From an uncultured Candidatus Saccharibacteria bacterium (GTDB lineage: Bacteria > Patescibacteriota > Minisyncoccia > UBA6257 > JAAZHW01), in assembly GCA_964603535.1 (NCBI GenBank), contig CAZRVJ010000003.1:1-29189 (forward strand): a stretch of 29,189 bases of DNA, read 5' to 3'. Shown here in pieces: positions 1 through 7,925 of this stretch. The translations under genes and the position numbers were made by a program. The number at the start of each line of letters is the position of its first letter. The first letter of the stretch is position 1. The notes under the pieces are model-generated. The model did no database searches. It saw only the letters and a list, made by a program, of their open reading frames with translations, and was not told where the DNA came from.

Positions 1-2
1 AA

Positions 3-1139
3 TCTATATTCGCCTCCAATCAATTGTTGGGCATTTTAAATGTTTTCTCCGGTGGTACTATGGATAATCTTTCCATTGTTATGCTTGGAGTGGGACCTTA
101 TATTACTGCTAGCATTATTATGCAGCTTTTAACCATGATCTTCCCAAAGATGAAGGAAATGTATCATGAAGAAGGGGAGGCTGGTAGAATGAAATTTAAT
201 CAAATTACTAGATATCTTACTATTCCTTTGTCATTAATACAGGCTTATGCTTATTTGAATATATTAGTTTCACAAAAAGCGCTGAGTGCTTTAGCTTTCC
301 CGACAATGATTAAAGATATCATTTTAATCACTGCCGGCACAATGTTAGTAATGTGGATCGGTGAACTTATCTCTGAATATAAAATTGGCAACGGTATATC
401 CTTGATTATCTTTGCTGGTATTATTAGCCGTATTCCTAATACCATTCGCACGGCTATTATTTCTTATCAACCTTCTATGCTTACTGGTTATATTGCCTTT
501 TTGGTTGTGGCTATAGTAATTATTGCTGGCGTAGTTATTGTTAATGAAGCAGAAAGGAAAGTGCCTGTTTCTTATGCTAAACGTGTAAGGGGCAATAAGA
601 TGTTTGGTGGCGTTTCTACTTATTTACCGTTAAAGGTTAACCAAGCCGGTGTTATTCCAATCATTTTCGCTATTTCCATTATGCTTTTCCCTCAATTTAT
701 TGGTCAGATTATTGCCGCTTTGAAAACTACCTGGGCTTTGAAGATTTCTAGCTTTTTAATCAATTTGTTCAATAATCAAATACTTTATTCTAGCTTGTAC
801 TTTATTTTAGTTTTGTTGTTTACCTATTTTTACACGATGGTAACCTTTGATCCTAAAGAAATATCACAAAATCTTCAAAAAAATGGCGGGTTTATTCCTG
901 GCATTAGACCGGGACAACCAACAGCTACTTTTTTGAGTCAGATTTTAAATCGTATTACTTTAGTGGGAGCTTTATTCTTGGGTTTAATCGCGGTTTTCCC
1001 ATCATTGATGAAATTAGTAAGTGATAATGCTGCTTTAACCATTGGAGGTACTTCCGTTTTGATCGTAGTGTCTGTAGCATTGGAAACAGCTAAACAAATC
1101 AAATCTCAATTAGTAATGAGAGAATACGAAGGATTTTAA
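3..1139 (+). CDS. secY: Preprotein translocase subunit SecY (5' part lies outside the window)
   Basis: Frame is open from position 3. Motifs LGVGPYITASIIMQLL, IGNGISLIIFAGI, YLPLKVNQAGVIPIIFA, GGFIPGIRPG, IGGTSVLIVVSV. Followed by adk-map as at the end of the spc operon. Confidence 0.98.
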   Translation, partial: SIFASNQLLGILNVFSGGTMDNLSIVMLGVGPYITASIIMQLLTMIFPKMKEMYHEEGEAGRMKFNQITRYLTIPLSLIQAYAYLNILVSQKALSALAFPTMIKDIILITAGTMLVMWIGELISEYKIGNGISLIIFAGIISRIPNTIRTAIISYQPSMLTGYIAFLVVAIVIIAGVVIVNEAERKVPVSYAKRVRGNKMFGGVSTYLPLKVNQAGVIPIIFAISIMLFPQFIGQIIAALKTTWALKISSFLINLFNNQILYSSLYFILVLLFTYFYTMVTFDPKEISQNLQKNGGFIPGIRPGQPTATFLSQILNRITLVGALFLGLIAVFPSLMKLVSDNAALTIGGTSVLIVVSVALETAKQIKSQLVMREYEGF

Positions 1140-1150
1140 TAGATTTTTGT

Positions 1151-1180
1151 AAACGACCGCCTTATGGGTGGTCGTTTTTT
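1151..1180 (+). terminator. Intrinsic terminator after secY
   Basis: AAACGACCGCC / GGTGGTCGTTT stem (one G-U pair) followed by a T-run. Confidence 0.75.
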
Positions 1181-1236
1181 GTTTTTTTTGGTTTTTTGTT
1201 GGTGGGGTATAAGATATTTAACAAACGAGAAAAAAT

Positions 1237-1944
1237 ATGATAAAATCCAAGATATTTATGAATACACCAAGAATAGTTATTTTATACGGTTTTCCTGGCG
1301 CAGGAAAAGATACTCAAGCTGAAATTATTGAAGAAAGTTTGGATTTTCAGCAGATTAGTTCTTCTCAGTTAATAGAAGATCAAATTTTTAATCCAAATCT
1401 GCAAAATAATCCTATTGTTCAAAGGGAGAGAAAATTGTATGAAGAGGGCAAGTTGTGCACACCGGAATGGGTAACTGATATTATCAATAAAAAGGTTGCA
1501 GAAATGCATGAGGAAAAAAGAAGTCTAGTATTTAGCGGTTCTCCGAGGACTCTTTATGAAGCCGAAAATGAAATCCCTTATTGGGAATCAATTTATGGAA
1601 AAGAGAATATTTTTATTCTTTTAATCAAAATTGACGAAGCCACTTCTATTTTTAGAAATACACACAGAAGAGTTTGCTCCGTTTGCCGTCATCCCATTGT
1701 TTATTCTGAAGAGAGTAAGAATCTTACTCTTTGTCCAATGTGTGGCGGAATTTTGAAGAAGAGATTATTGGACACGGAAGAAATAATGAAAACTAGAGTA
1801 AAAGAATATAAAGAGAGAACAGAGCCGATATTTAGTTATTTACAAAATAGAGGATATAAAGTTGTAGAAGTTGGCGGTGAAGATTCTCCTGACGGAGTCG
1901 CGCGTAATATTATTAATTATTTAAATGGTCAAATTGAAAACTGA
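1237..1944 (+). CDS. adk: Adenylate kinase-family nucleoside monophosphate kinase with Zn-type LID
   Basis: P-loop GFPGAGKDTQA, GSPRTLYEA, LID CxxC...CxxC (CSVC, CPMC); secY-adk-map synteny. Start could be ATG 1258. Confidence 0.9.
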   Translation: MIKSKIFMNTPRIVILYGFPGAGKDTQAEIIEESLDFQQISSSQLIEDQIFNPNLQNNPIVQRERKLYEEGKLCTPEWVTDIINKKVAEMHEEKRSLVFSGSPRTLYEAENEIPYWESIYGKENIFILLIKIDEATSIFRNTHRRVCSVCRHPIVYSEESKNLTLCPMCGGILKKRLLDTEEIMKTRVKEYKERTEPIFSYLQNRGYKVVEVGGEDSPDGVARNIINYLNGQIEN

Positions 1945-2683
1945 AGAAGAAATAAAAATAATAAAAGAAGGTGGAAAAATCTTAGGAAGAATTTTAAGAG
2001 ATTTAGCAAAAAAAGTTAAGCCCGGTGTTTTTACTAAAGAATTAGATTGGTTGGCGGAAAATTATATTAAGCAAGCTGGAGGGAAACCTGCTTTTAAAAA
2101 TTATAAACCAGATTTTGCGATTCGCGCTTATCCGGCAACTTTGTGCGCTTCGGTTAATAGTGTAGTCGTCCATGGTATACCTAATAGTCAACCTCTACAG
2201 GACGGAGATATTTTATCTTTAGATTTAGGTATGGAGTACAAGGGGTTGTTTACGGATTCGGCTATTACCGTTGGAGTGGGAGAGATTTCTCAACAAGCTA
2301 AAAAATTAATTAGTGTTACAAAAAAATCTTTGGACTTGGCTATCAAAGAATGCAAAGTGGGATCCACTTTAGGTGACATCGGTTACACTATAGAAAAATA
2401 TGTAAGAAGTCAGGGAATGAAAGAAGTGAGAATGCTCACCGGTCATGGTGTTGGTTATAAACCACATGAAGATCCTGATGTTTTAAATTTTGGTGATCCT
2501 GGTAGAGGAATGAAATTAAAAGAAGGATTGGTGATCGCTGTTGAACCAATGGTGAGTCTTGGATCGGGAGACGTGGTAGAAAGATTTGATGGAAGTTTTG
2601 TAACCAAAGAAGAATGTTTGTCAGCTCACTTTGAACATACTATTGCTATTACTAAAAAGGGAGCAATAATTTTAACTAAGTGA
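1925..2683 (+). CDS. map: Methionine aminopeptidase type I
   Basis: SVNSVVVHGIP, GDILSLDLG, DSAIT, GHGVG..PHEDP, AVEPM, SAHFEHT metal-binding motifs. Confidence 0.98.
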   Translation: MVKLKTEEEIKIIKEGGKILGRILRDLAKKVKPGVFTKELDWLAENYIKQAGGKPAFKNYKPDFAIRAYPATLCASVNSVVVHGIPNSQPLQDGDILSLDLGMEYKGLFTDSAITVGVGEISQQAKKLISVTKKSLDLAIKECKVGSTLGDIGYTIEKYVRSQGMKEVRMLTGHGVGYKPHEDPDVLNFGDPGRGMKLKEGLVIAVEPMVSLGSGDVVERFDGSFVTKEECLSAHFEHTIAITKKGAIILTK

Positions 2684-2684
2684 T

Positions 2685-3107
2685 ATGAGAATTTTAGGAA
2701 TTGATTTTGGTACAAAAAAAATTGGTTTAGCTTTTGCTGATGTTGATATCAAGATTGCTATGCCCGGAGATATTATTTATTTTTCCAACAAAAAAGAATT
2801 GATGGAAAAAATAAAAAAGATTATTCAAGAAAAAGAAATTATCAAAGTAGTTATTGGTTTACCTTTATCACTGAACTTTCAAGAAACGGAAATATCTCAG
2901 AAGGCGCGCGAGTTTGGAAAAGAGCTTGGTGACGAAGCTGGTTTGCCAATAGAATTTCAGAATGAAATTTTTTCTTCCAAACAAGCAGAGAGCGCTGACT
3001 TTGAATCGCGAAGAAAAATAAAAAGTAGAAAGCCAATGGTCATTCGTGATGTGGATAACCATGCAGCCGCTTTGATTTTAGAAAGTTATTTAGCGGGTAA
3101 ACAATAG
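2685..3107 (+). CDS. ruvX: Holliday junction resolvase RuvX / YqgF-like pre-16S rRNA nuclease
   Basis: MRILGIDFGTKKIGLA, VVIGLP, NE..SS..A, D..AAALILESYL. Confidence 0.93.
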   Translation: MRILGIDFGTKKIGLAFADVDIKIAMPGDIIYFSNKKELMEKIKKIIQEKEIIKVVIGLPLSLNFQETEISQKAREFGKELGDEAGLPIEFQNEIFSSKQAESADFESRRKIKSRKPMVIRDVDNHAAALILESYLAGKQ

Positions 3108-3140
3108 TCCGAGCAAGTTATTGACTCGGACTATTTTTTT
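3103..3140 (+). terminator. Intrinsic terminator after ruvX, overlapping the next -35 box
   Basis: AATAGTCCGAG (3103-3113) / CTCGGACTATT (3125-3135) perfect 11-bp stem followed by a T-run. Confidence 0.8.
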
Positions 3141-3150
3141 CAGGTATAAT
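3121..3150 (+). promoter_or_regulatory. sigma70-type promoter facing an ORF-poor region
   Basis: TTGACT (3121-3126), 18 nt, TATAAT (3145-3150). Confidence 0.65.
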
Positions 3151-3320
3151 TAAATCAGCAAGAGTTGTTAATCAACTTGTTAAAATATTTTGAGGATTTT
3201 ATAAAAATTCTTACTTGTCCTTCGTTTTATTATTATTTTTTTCAGGAGTGTTTTTAAATAAACACTTTTCATTTTGAGTATTTTCTCACATCAGATTGCT
3301 CAAGCAATCTATAATTACAA

Positions 3321-3404
3321 ATGAAAAAGAGACACAGTCTCTGCCTGATAGTACAAGTACTATTTTATATAATCCTCCAACAGCTTATGGGCCACTCAAC
3401 GTAG
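3321..3404 (+). CDS. Possible 27-aa small hydrophobic peptide MKKRHSLCLIVQVLFYIILQQLMGHST
   Basis: ATG 3321 to TAG 3402-3404, basic N-terminus plus hydrophobic core; stop codon lies within the terminator hairpin. No homology recognised. Confidence 0.25.
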   Translation: MKKRHSLCLIVQVLFYIILQQLMGHST

Positions 3405-3417
3405 TGGCTCTTTTTTT
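3389..3417 (+). terminator. Intrinsic terminator
   Basis: GGGCCACT / AGTGGCTC stem, 6-nt loop, then T7. Confidence 0.75.
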
Positions 3418-3443
3418 ACTTTATATTATTATTTTGTTAGAAT
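3415..3443 (+). promoter_or_regulatory. Promoter for tspO
   Basis: TTTACT, 17 nt, TAGAAT, with a TG extended -10. Confidence 0.5.
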
Positions 3444-3478
3444 TAAAAGCAGAGAGTCGTTTTTTAATAAAATAATTT

Positions 3479-3943
3479 ATGTTAAAAATTAATTATATTG
3501 TTATTCCTTTAATTACGATTTTCGTTTCCGTGTGCGGTAGTTGGGTTGTTGGCAATGGAATGGATTGGTATAATAATTTGCATTTATCATCCATTGTTCC
3601 TGAAGGATATGTTATTGGAATTGTTTGGACGATAATTTTTATTTTGTCGGCTATTTCCGCTTTATTGTTTTATAATAAATTTCCACGCGACAAAATATTT
3701 AAATGGGTTGTGTTTCTATTTTTATTAAATGCCTTTTTAAATGTCTTTTGGAATTTTTTATTTTTTGGTTGGCATTTGTTGTTGTTGAGTTTTATAGAAA
3801 TGATACTCTTGGAAGTAACGGTAGTCGCGTTAATATTTCTTCTTTGGCGAAAAGTTTCCTGGGCTGGAATTTTATTAATTCCTTATGCCTTGTGGGTGCC
3901 CTTCGCCACTTATTTAACTTGGTTAGTGATTCAGTTAAACTAG
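3479..3943 (+). CDS. tspO: TspO/MBR family tryptophan-rich sensory membrane protein
   Basis: WYNNL...P...IGIVWTI, LNVFWNFLFFG, LLIPYALWVPFATYL; five hydrophobic segments. Confidence 0.93.
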   Translation: MLKINYIVIPLITIFVSVCGSWVVGNGMDWYNNLHLSSIVPEGYVIGIVWTIIFILSAISALLFYNKFPRDKIFKWVVFLFLLNAFLNVFWNFLFFGWHLLLLSFIEMILLEVTVVALIFLLWRKVSWAGILLIPYALWVPFATYLTWLVIQLN

Positions 3944-3970
3944 TTTGATATTTTAGATAAAAAATTATTT

Positions 3971-4747
3971 ATGGCAAAAAGATTATTTGATGCAAAATCA
4001 AAAGAACCGTTTGAAATTAGTAGAACAAAATTGGAACTATTTTTAAATTGTCCACGTTGTTTTTATTTGGATAGAAAGTTTGGTATTAGTCGTCCTTCTT
4101 TCCCGGCTTTTACTTTAAATAGCGCCGTGGATGCTTTATTGAAAAAAGAGTTTGATATCCATCGTTCTAAAAAAGAAGCTCATCCGTTAATGAAAAATTA
4201 TGGTATTGATTTGATTCCGTTTCAGCATGAAAAAATGGAAGAGTGGAGACATAATTTTACGGGCGTGCGTTATCTGCATAGAGCTACCAATTTTTTGGTT
4301 TTCGGCGCTATTGATGATTTATGGGTTGATAAAGACGGAACTTTATTTGTTGTTGATTATAAATCTACCAGCAGTGATTATGAAGTGAACTTAGACGGCG
4401 AATATAAAGTAGCTTATAAAAGACAAGTAGAAATTTATCAATGGCTTTTGAGAAAGAATGGTTTTAAAGTTTCCGATATCGCGTATTTTGTTTACGCCAA
4501 TGGCCGTAAAGATTTGAAGGCTTTTGATGCGAGATTGGAGTTTAATATTTCAGTCTTGGCTTATAGTGGCAATAGTGATTGGGTAGAGCAAGTTGTGATT
4601 GATGCTAAACATTGTTTGGAGCAGCCTAATATTCCCGAAGCGGAATATGAATGCGAATATTGTAATTATAGAAAGGCAGCTGGTTTGCAAGAAAATAAAA
4701 AGATTGTTAAGACTTCGAAAAAGACCGGAGATAATAGTTTGTTTTAA
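3971..4747 (+). CDS. PD-(D/E)XK nuclease family protein (RecB/Cas4-like, standalone)
   Basis: GAIDD...VVDYKST catalytic motifs, QVEIYQWLL helix, N-terminal CPRC and C-terminal CEYC cysteine pairs. Confidence 0.85.
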   Translation: MAKRLFDAKSKEPFEISRTKLELFLNCPRCFYLDRKFGISRPSFPAFTLNSAVDALLKKEFDIHRSKKEAHPLMKNYGIDLIPFQHEKMEEWRHNFTGVRYLHRATNFLVFGAIDDLWVDKDGTLFVVDYKSTSSDYEVNLDGEYKVAYKRQVEIYQWLLRKNGFKVSDIAYFVYANGRKDLKAFDARLEFNISVLAYSGNSDWVEQVVIDAKHCLEQPNIPEAEYECEYCNYRKAAGLQENKKIVKTSKKTGDNSLF

Positions 4748-4750
4748 AAA

Positions 4751-5908
4751 ATGAGAACTCTAAATCTTTTGCGACAATGGGGGAAAAAGATATTATCCGA
4801 TAATAAAAATAGCCATCTTTTACGCATTGAAATTAGTGGGGATAATTTATTGCATAATATTAAGGAGTTTAGAGATAAATTCCCCGATAAAAAATTAGCC
4901 GCTGTTTTAAAGAGTAATGCCTATGGCCATGGCTTGAGAGAAATGGCTATGTTTTTGGATAAAAACCCAGATATTTCCTTTTTTGTGGTTGATAGTTTTA
5001 TGGAGGCCAAACTATTGAGGGATATCGGGATTAAGAAGGAATTAATTATCTTAGGCCATGTTTTGGAGCCTCTTTTTGGGCAACTGAAAAGAATGAAAAA
5101 TAAAACATTATCTATCAATTCTCTCAGGCAAGCGGAGGTTTTTAGCCAAAAAATAGACTTTCCTTTAAGGGTACATATTAAAATTGATACCGGGATGCGC
5201 CGACACGGCGTTGCTTTGGATGAATTGAATAAAACTATTGATGTGTTACAAAGTAATAAAAATATTAAAATTGAGGGGCTTCTGACGCATTTGGCAGATG
5301 CTGATAATGCTAATAGTGATGATTTTACCTTAAGGCAATTGGAAGTTTGGCAGAAAGCTTTAAAGATTTATAAGAGTTATTTTCAAGATGGGATATTCCA
5401 TTTTTCTGCTACAACCGGGACTAGTTATCTAGATAAGGCGGAGAGTAATTTAATAAGAATGGGCGCTGCTTTGTATGGTTTTGATGTTACTAGGGATAAA
5501 AAATTGAATTTGAAGCCAATTCTTTCTTGGAAAGCAAAAGTCGTTAATCTTAAAGAATTAAAGAGTGGAGAAGCAATTAGTTATAATTGTATTTTTAAAG
5601 CCGATCATGATATGAGGGTGGCCTTGGTGCCTTGTGGTTATTTTGAAGGAGTACCCAAGAGTAGTAGCAACAAGGGTTATATGTATTATAAAGATCAACC
5701 ATTAAAGATTTTGGGTAAAGTATGCATGAATTTAACTGCTTTGGATGTTTCAAATATTGATATTAACTTAGAGGATGAAGTTGAAGTGTTTTCTAATGAC
5801 CCCCGACATTTAAATTCTATAGAAAATTATGCTAAAATATGTGAGACGAGTATTCATGATATTCTAGCGCAGTTGGCGCCAACAATAAAAAGAATTATTA
5901 ATCATTAA
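4751..5908 (+). CDS. alr: Alanine racemase
   Basis: PLP lysine motif AVLKSNAYGHG, HIKIDTGMRRHG, THLADAD, ISY, GKVCMN. Confidence 0.95.
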   Translation: MRTLNLLRQWGKKILSDNKNSHLLRIEISGDNLLHNIKEFRDKFPDKKLAAVLKSNAYGHGLREMAMFLDKNPDISFFVVDSFMEAKLLRDIGIKKELIILGHVLEPLFGQLKRMKNKTLSINSLRQAEVFSQKIDFPLRVHIKIDTGMRRHGVALDELNKTIDVLQSNKNIKIEGLLTHLADADNANSDDFTLRQLEVWQKALKIYKSYFQDGIFHFSATTGTSYLDKAESNLIRMGAALYGFDVTRDKKLNLKPILSWKAKVVNLKELKSGEAISYNCIFKADHDMRVALVPCGYFEGVPKSSSNKGYMYYKDQPLKILGKVCMNLTALDVSNIDINLEDEVEVFSNDPRHLNSIENYAKICETSIHDILAQLAPTIKRIINH

Positions 5909-5994
5909 AACATATCCAGTGTAAAATAATTTTTATTTGATTATTTCTACGGGTGTGAATATAAAAGGTCTATTTTAATAAAAATAATGAGCAT

Positions 5995-6276
5995 ATGAGT
6001 AAAGCAAATTTTACGGCTGAAGAAGCCAAGCAAATCGGCGATACTTTAGGCGTTGATTGGAAACATTTTGATGTAGATCAGTTTCGTCTTGGTTTGGACA
6101 TTGAATTGGAACACGGCACAAAGAATTCCAAAACCAATGTCTCTAACGACGATTCCATTACTACTGGGAAAATAGCTCTAGTCCATCTTTTAGAATTTCC
6201 TGACTATTATACTCGTCTTAATAAATTAGAGGTTGAAGCCGAAGAGTTCTGGGCTAAACAAGGCTATGTTGGTTAA
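5995..6276 (+). CDS. Small conserved hypothetical protein (DUF5661-like)
   Basis: QF..GL.IELEHG and KIAL.HL.EFPDYYTRL..LE pattern recalled for DUF5661. Confidence 0.75.
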   Translation: MSKANFTAEEAKQIGDTLGVDWKHFDVDQFRLGLDIELEHGTKNSKTNVSNDDSITTGKIALVHLLEFPDYYTRLNKLEVEAEEFWAKQGYVG

Positions 6277-6484
6277 GGTTAAAGCTTTTCCTAATTCCAA
6301 AAAAAGGGAAATTATCAAAAAATCAGATGATAGTTTTGAAGTTAAGGTGAAAGAAAAGCCAAAAAATAATGAGGCTAATTTGGCTATTTTTGAGGTTTTG
6401 GAAGAATATTTTAATGTTGGGCGCTCTCAAATTCGTTTAATTAAAGGCGCTAAGGAGAAAAATAAGATTTTTGATATTAAATAA
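6266..6484 (+). CDS. DUF167 (YggU/UPF0235) family protein
   Basis: VKVKAFPNSKK, VKVKEKP..NEAN..I..L...F.V....I.LIKG..EK.K. ATG 6266 is preferred over 6233; overlaps the upstream gene by 11 nt. Confidence 0.88.
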   Translation: MLVKVKAFPNSKKREIIKKSDDSFEVKVKEKPKNNEANLAIFEVLEEYFNVGRSQIRLIKGAKEKNKIFDIK

Positions 6485-6536
6485 TATTTATTGCCAGAAG
6501 TAGTTGTGATATTGCTGTATTTTTTTTATTTTATGT

Positions 6537-6545
6537 TGTTATAAT
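6537..6545 (+). promoter_or_regulatory. Extended -10 promoter, probably giving a leaderless mRNA
   Basis: TGtTATAAT, then 6 nt to ATG 6552. Confidence 0.5.
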
Positions 6546-6551
6546 AATTAT

Positions 6552-7193
6552 ATGTTGAATAAAACTATTATTAATTTAACTATTAGCGTATTTTTGATAT
6601 TAGTAATTTTTGTTGTGGCGATTCGTTTTTTGGGTGGCGATGAGGATGCGTGGATCTGCGTTAATGACCAATGGGTTCGTCATGGTAATCCTGCTGAGCT
6701 TATGCCGGAATCGGGATGTGGCGCGTCGGCAATTGAGAAAACCAGTTTTTCCGTTTATTTTGGTAATTCACAAAAAAATGCCAATATTCAGGACTGTTCC
6801 TTGGTTTATCCTGTGAGTAGGGAAATCCCCAAGACTTTAGCTGTGGGCCAGATGTCTTTGGAGGAATTATTTAAGGGTCCTACCGCTGAGGAACAAAAAA
6901 ATGGCTATACTTCATTTTTTTCCAGCGCTACTAAAGACATTTTGAAGAAAATCAATATTGATGAAAAAACAGCTTATGTTGATTTGAAGGATATTCGTTC
7001 ATTAGTTCCTAATGCTAGTTCTAGTTGTGGGTCTGCTCAATTTTTGTCGGAAATGACCAATACCTTAAAGCAATTTGCTAATATAGAGAAGGTGATATTT
7101 GCTATTGAAGGTGATCCAAAGGCTTTTTACGAATGGTTGCAGTTAAGTTGTGGCATGGAAAATAATAATTGCGATGCCACGCCATTTAGATAA
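6552..7193 (+). CDS. Membrane-anchored GerMN-domain protein
   Basis: N-terminal TM helix; LEELFKGPTAEE, AYVDL, SSCGS......M..TLKQFANIEKV typical of GerMN. Confidence 0.82.
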   Translation: MLNKTIINLTISVFLILVIFVVAIRFLGGDEDAWICVNDQWVRHGNPAELMPESGCGASAIEKTSFSVYFGNSQKNANIQDCSLVYPVSREIPKTLAVGQMSLEELFKGPTAEEQKNGYTSFFSSATKDILKKINIDEKTAYVDLKDIRSLVPNASSSCGSAQFLSEMTNTLKQFANIEKVIFAIEGDPKAFYEWLQLSCGMENNNCDATPFR

Positions 7194-7201
7194 TTATAAA
7201 T

Positions 7202-7603
7202 ATGACTTCTTTTTTTAACTCCTCAAGTCTTTGGAGGTATTTGGTTTATTTTTGGACATTAGTTTTTTATACCGTGATTATTTTTGATCTCGTAAAGGGG
7301 AATGCTCTAGTTAAATGCTTGGGTCCTTTGGCTGCTATTTATATTGGCATCTTGGCTATCTATGCTGGACAAAAAGAATTTGAAAGATGGTGTCATATTC
7401 ATGACGGTCATCATCCTGGAGAGCTTTTTGTCATCGGCTGGACAATCCTTGTTTTTGGCCTTTGGGTTTTGGACTTATTTTTGGGCAGTTTTTATAAATT
7501 GCCGGAGATTTTAATTTATACTTATATCGCGGTTTTGAGTGTCCTGGCTATAACCATAAAGTCTAAGAAGATTTATCGCGCCAAGCATAAATGGTTACTT
7601 TGA
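7202..7603 (+). CDS. Small integral membrane protein (about 4 TM) with a His-rich loop
   Basis: Four hydrophobic segments; loop KEFERWCHIHDGHHPGE. Confidence 0.7.
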   Translation: MTSFFNSSSLWRYLVYFWTLVFYTVIIFDLVKGNALVKCLGPLAAIYIGILAIYAGQKEFERWCHIHDGHHPGELFVIGWTILVFGLWVLDLFLGSFYKLPEILIYTYIAVLSVLAITIKSKKIYRAKHKWLL

Positions 7604-7836
7604 TTATTGGCTTCGTGGGGGCTTCATTGATTTTGGTTGCTTTTATCCTTAACGAGAATAAAAGATGGAGCAATGAGAGCTTTAAATATGACCTGGCCAA
7701 TTGTCTCGGTAGTCTATTTTTGGTGATTTATGGGGTTTTGAGTAAAACCTGGCCCTTTGTCATTTTGAACGCAGTTTGGTTTTTGGTCTCCCTGCGCGAT
7801 GTTGCCAGGGGTGTAAAAAGTGGCATAAATAGATGA
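7591..7836 (+). CDS. Small 3-TM membrane protein (CBU_0592-like)
   Basis: IGFVGASLILVAF, Y.LAN.LGS..L.IYG, WPFVILNAVW. Confidence 0.75.
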   Translation: MVTLIIGFVGASLILVAFILNENKRWSNESFKYDLANCLGSLFLVIYGVLSKTWPFVILNAVWFLVSLRDVARGVKSGINR

Positions 7837-7925
7837 TTTTTGACAAAAAGCTTTCATTTTGACGATTTTTATGCTAAAATAACAATAGGTGGAAAGTCGC
7901 GTTAAATCCGCCTTTATCAGTTTAT

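Larger units (their letters stand above)
3157..3417 (+). ncRNA. Candidate structured non-coding RNA, or small-ORF mRNA, of ~260 nt
   Basis: Bounded by a consensus promoter and an intrinsic terminator, contains about seven consecutive hairpins and no ORF longer than 30 aa. Family not recognised. Confidence 0.45.

Noticed and set aside
2681-2683. Alternative genetic code (UGA as Gly/Trp)
   Set aside because: TGA ends map at its expected C-terminus, and core genes translate to full length in the standard code without internal TGA.
3157-3417. Hairpin series as a CRISPR array or Cas4-associated array
   Set aside because: The palindromes differ in sequence and spacing; there is no repeated direct-repeat unit.
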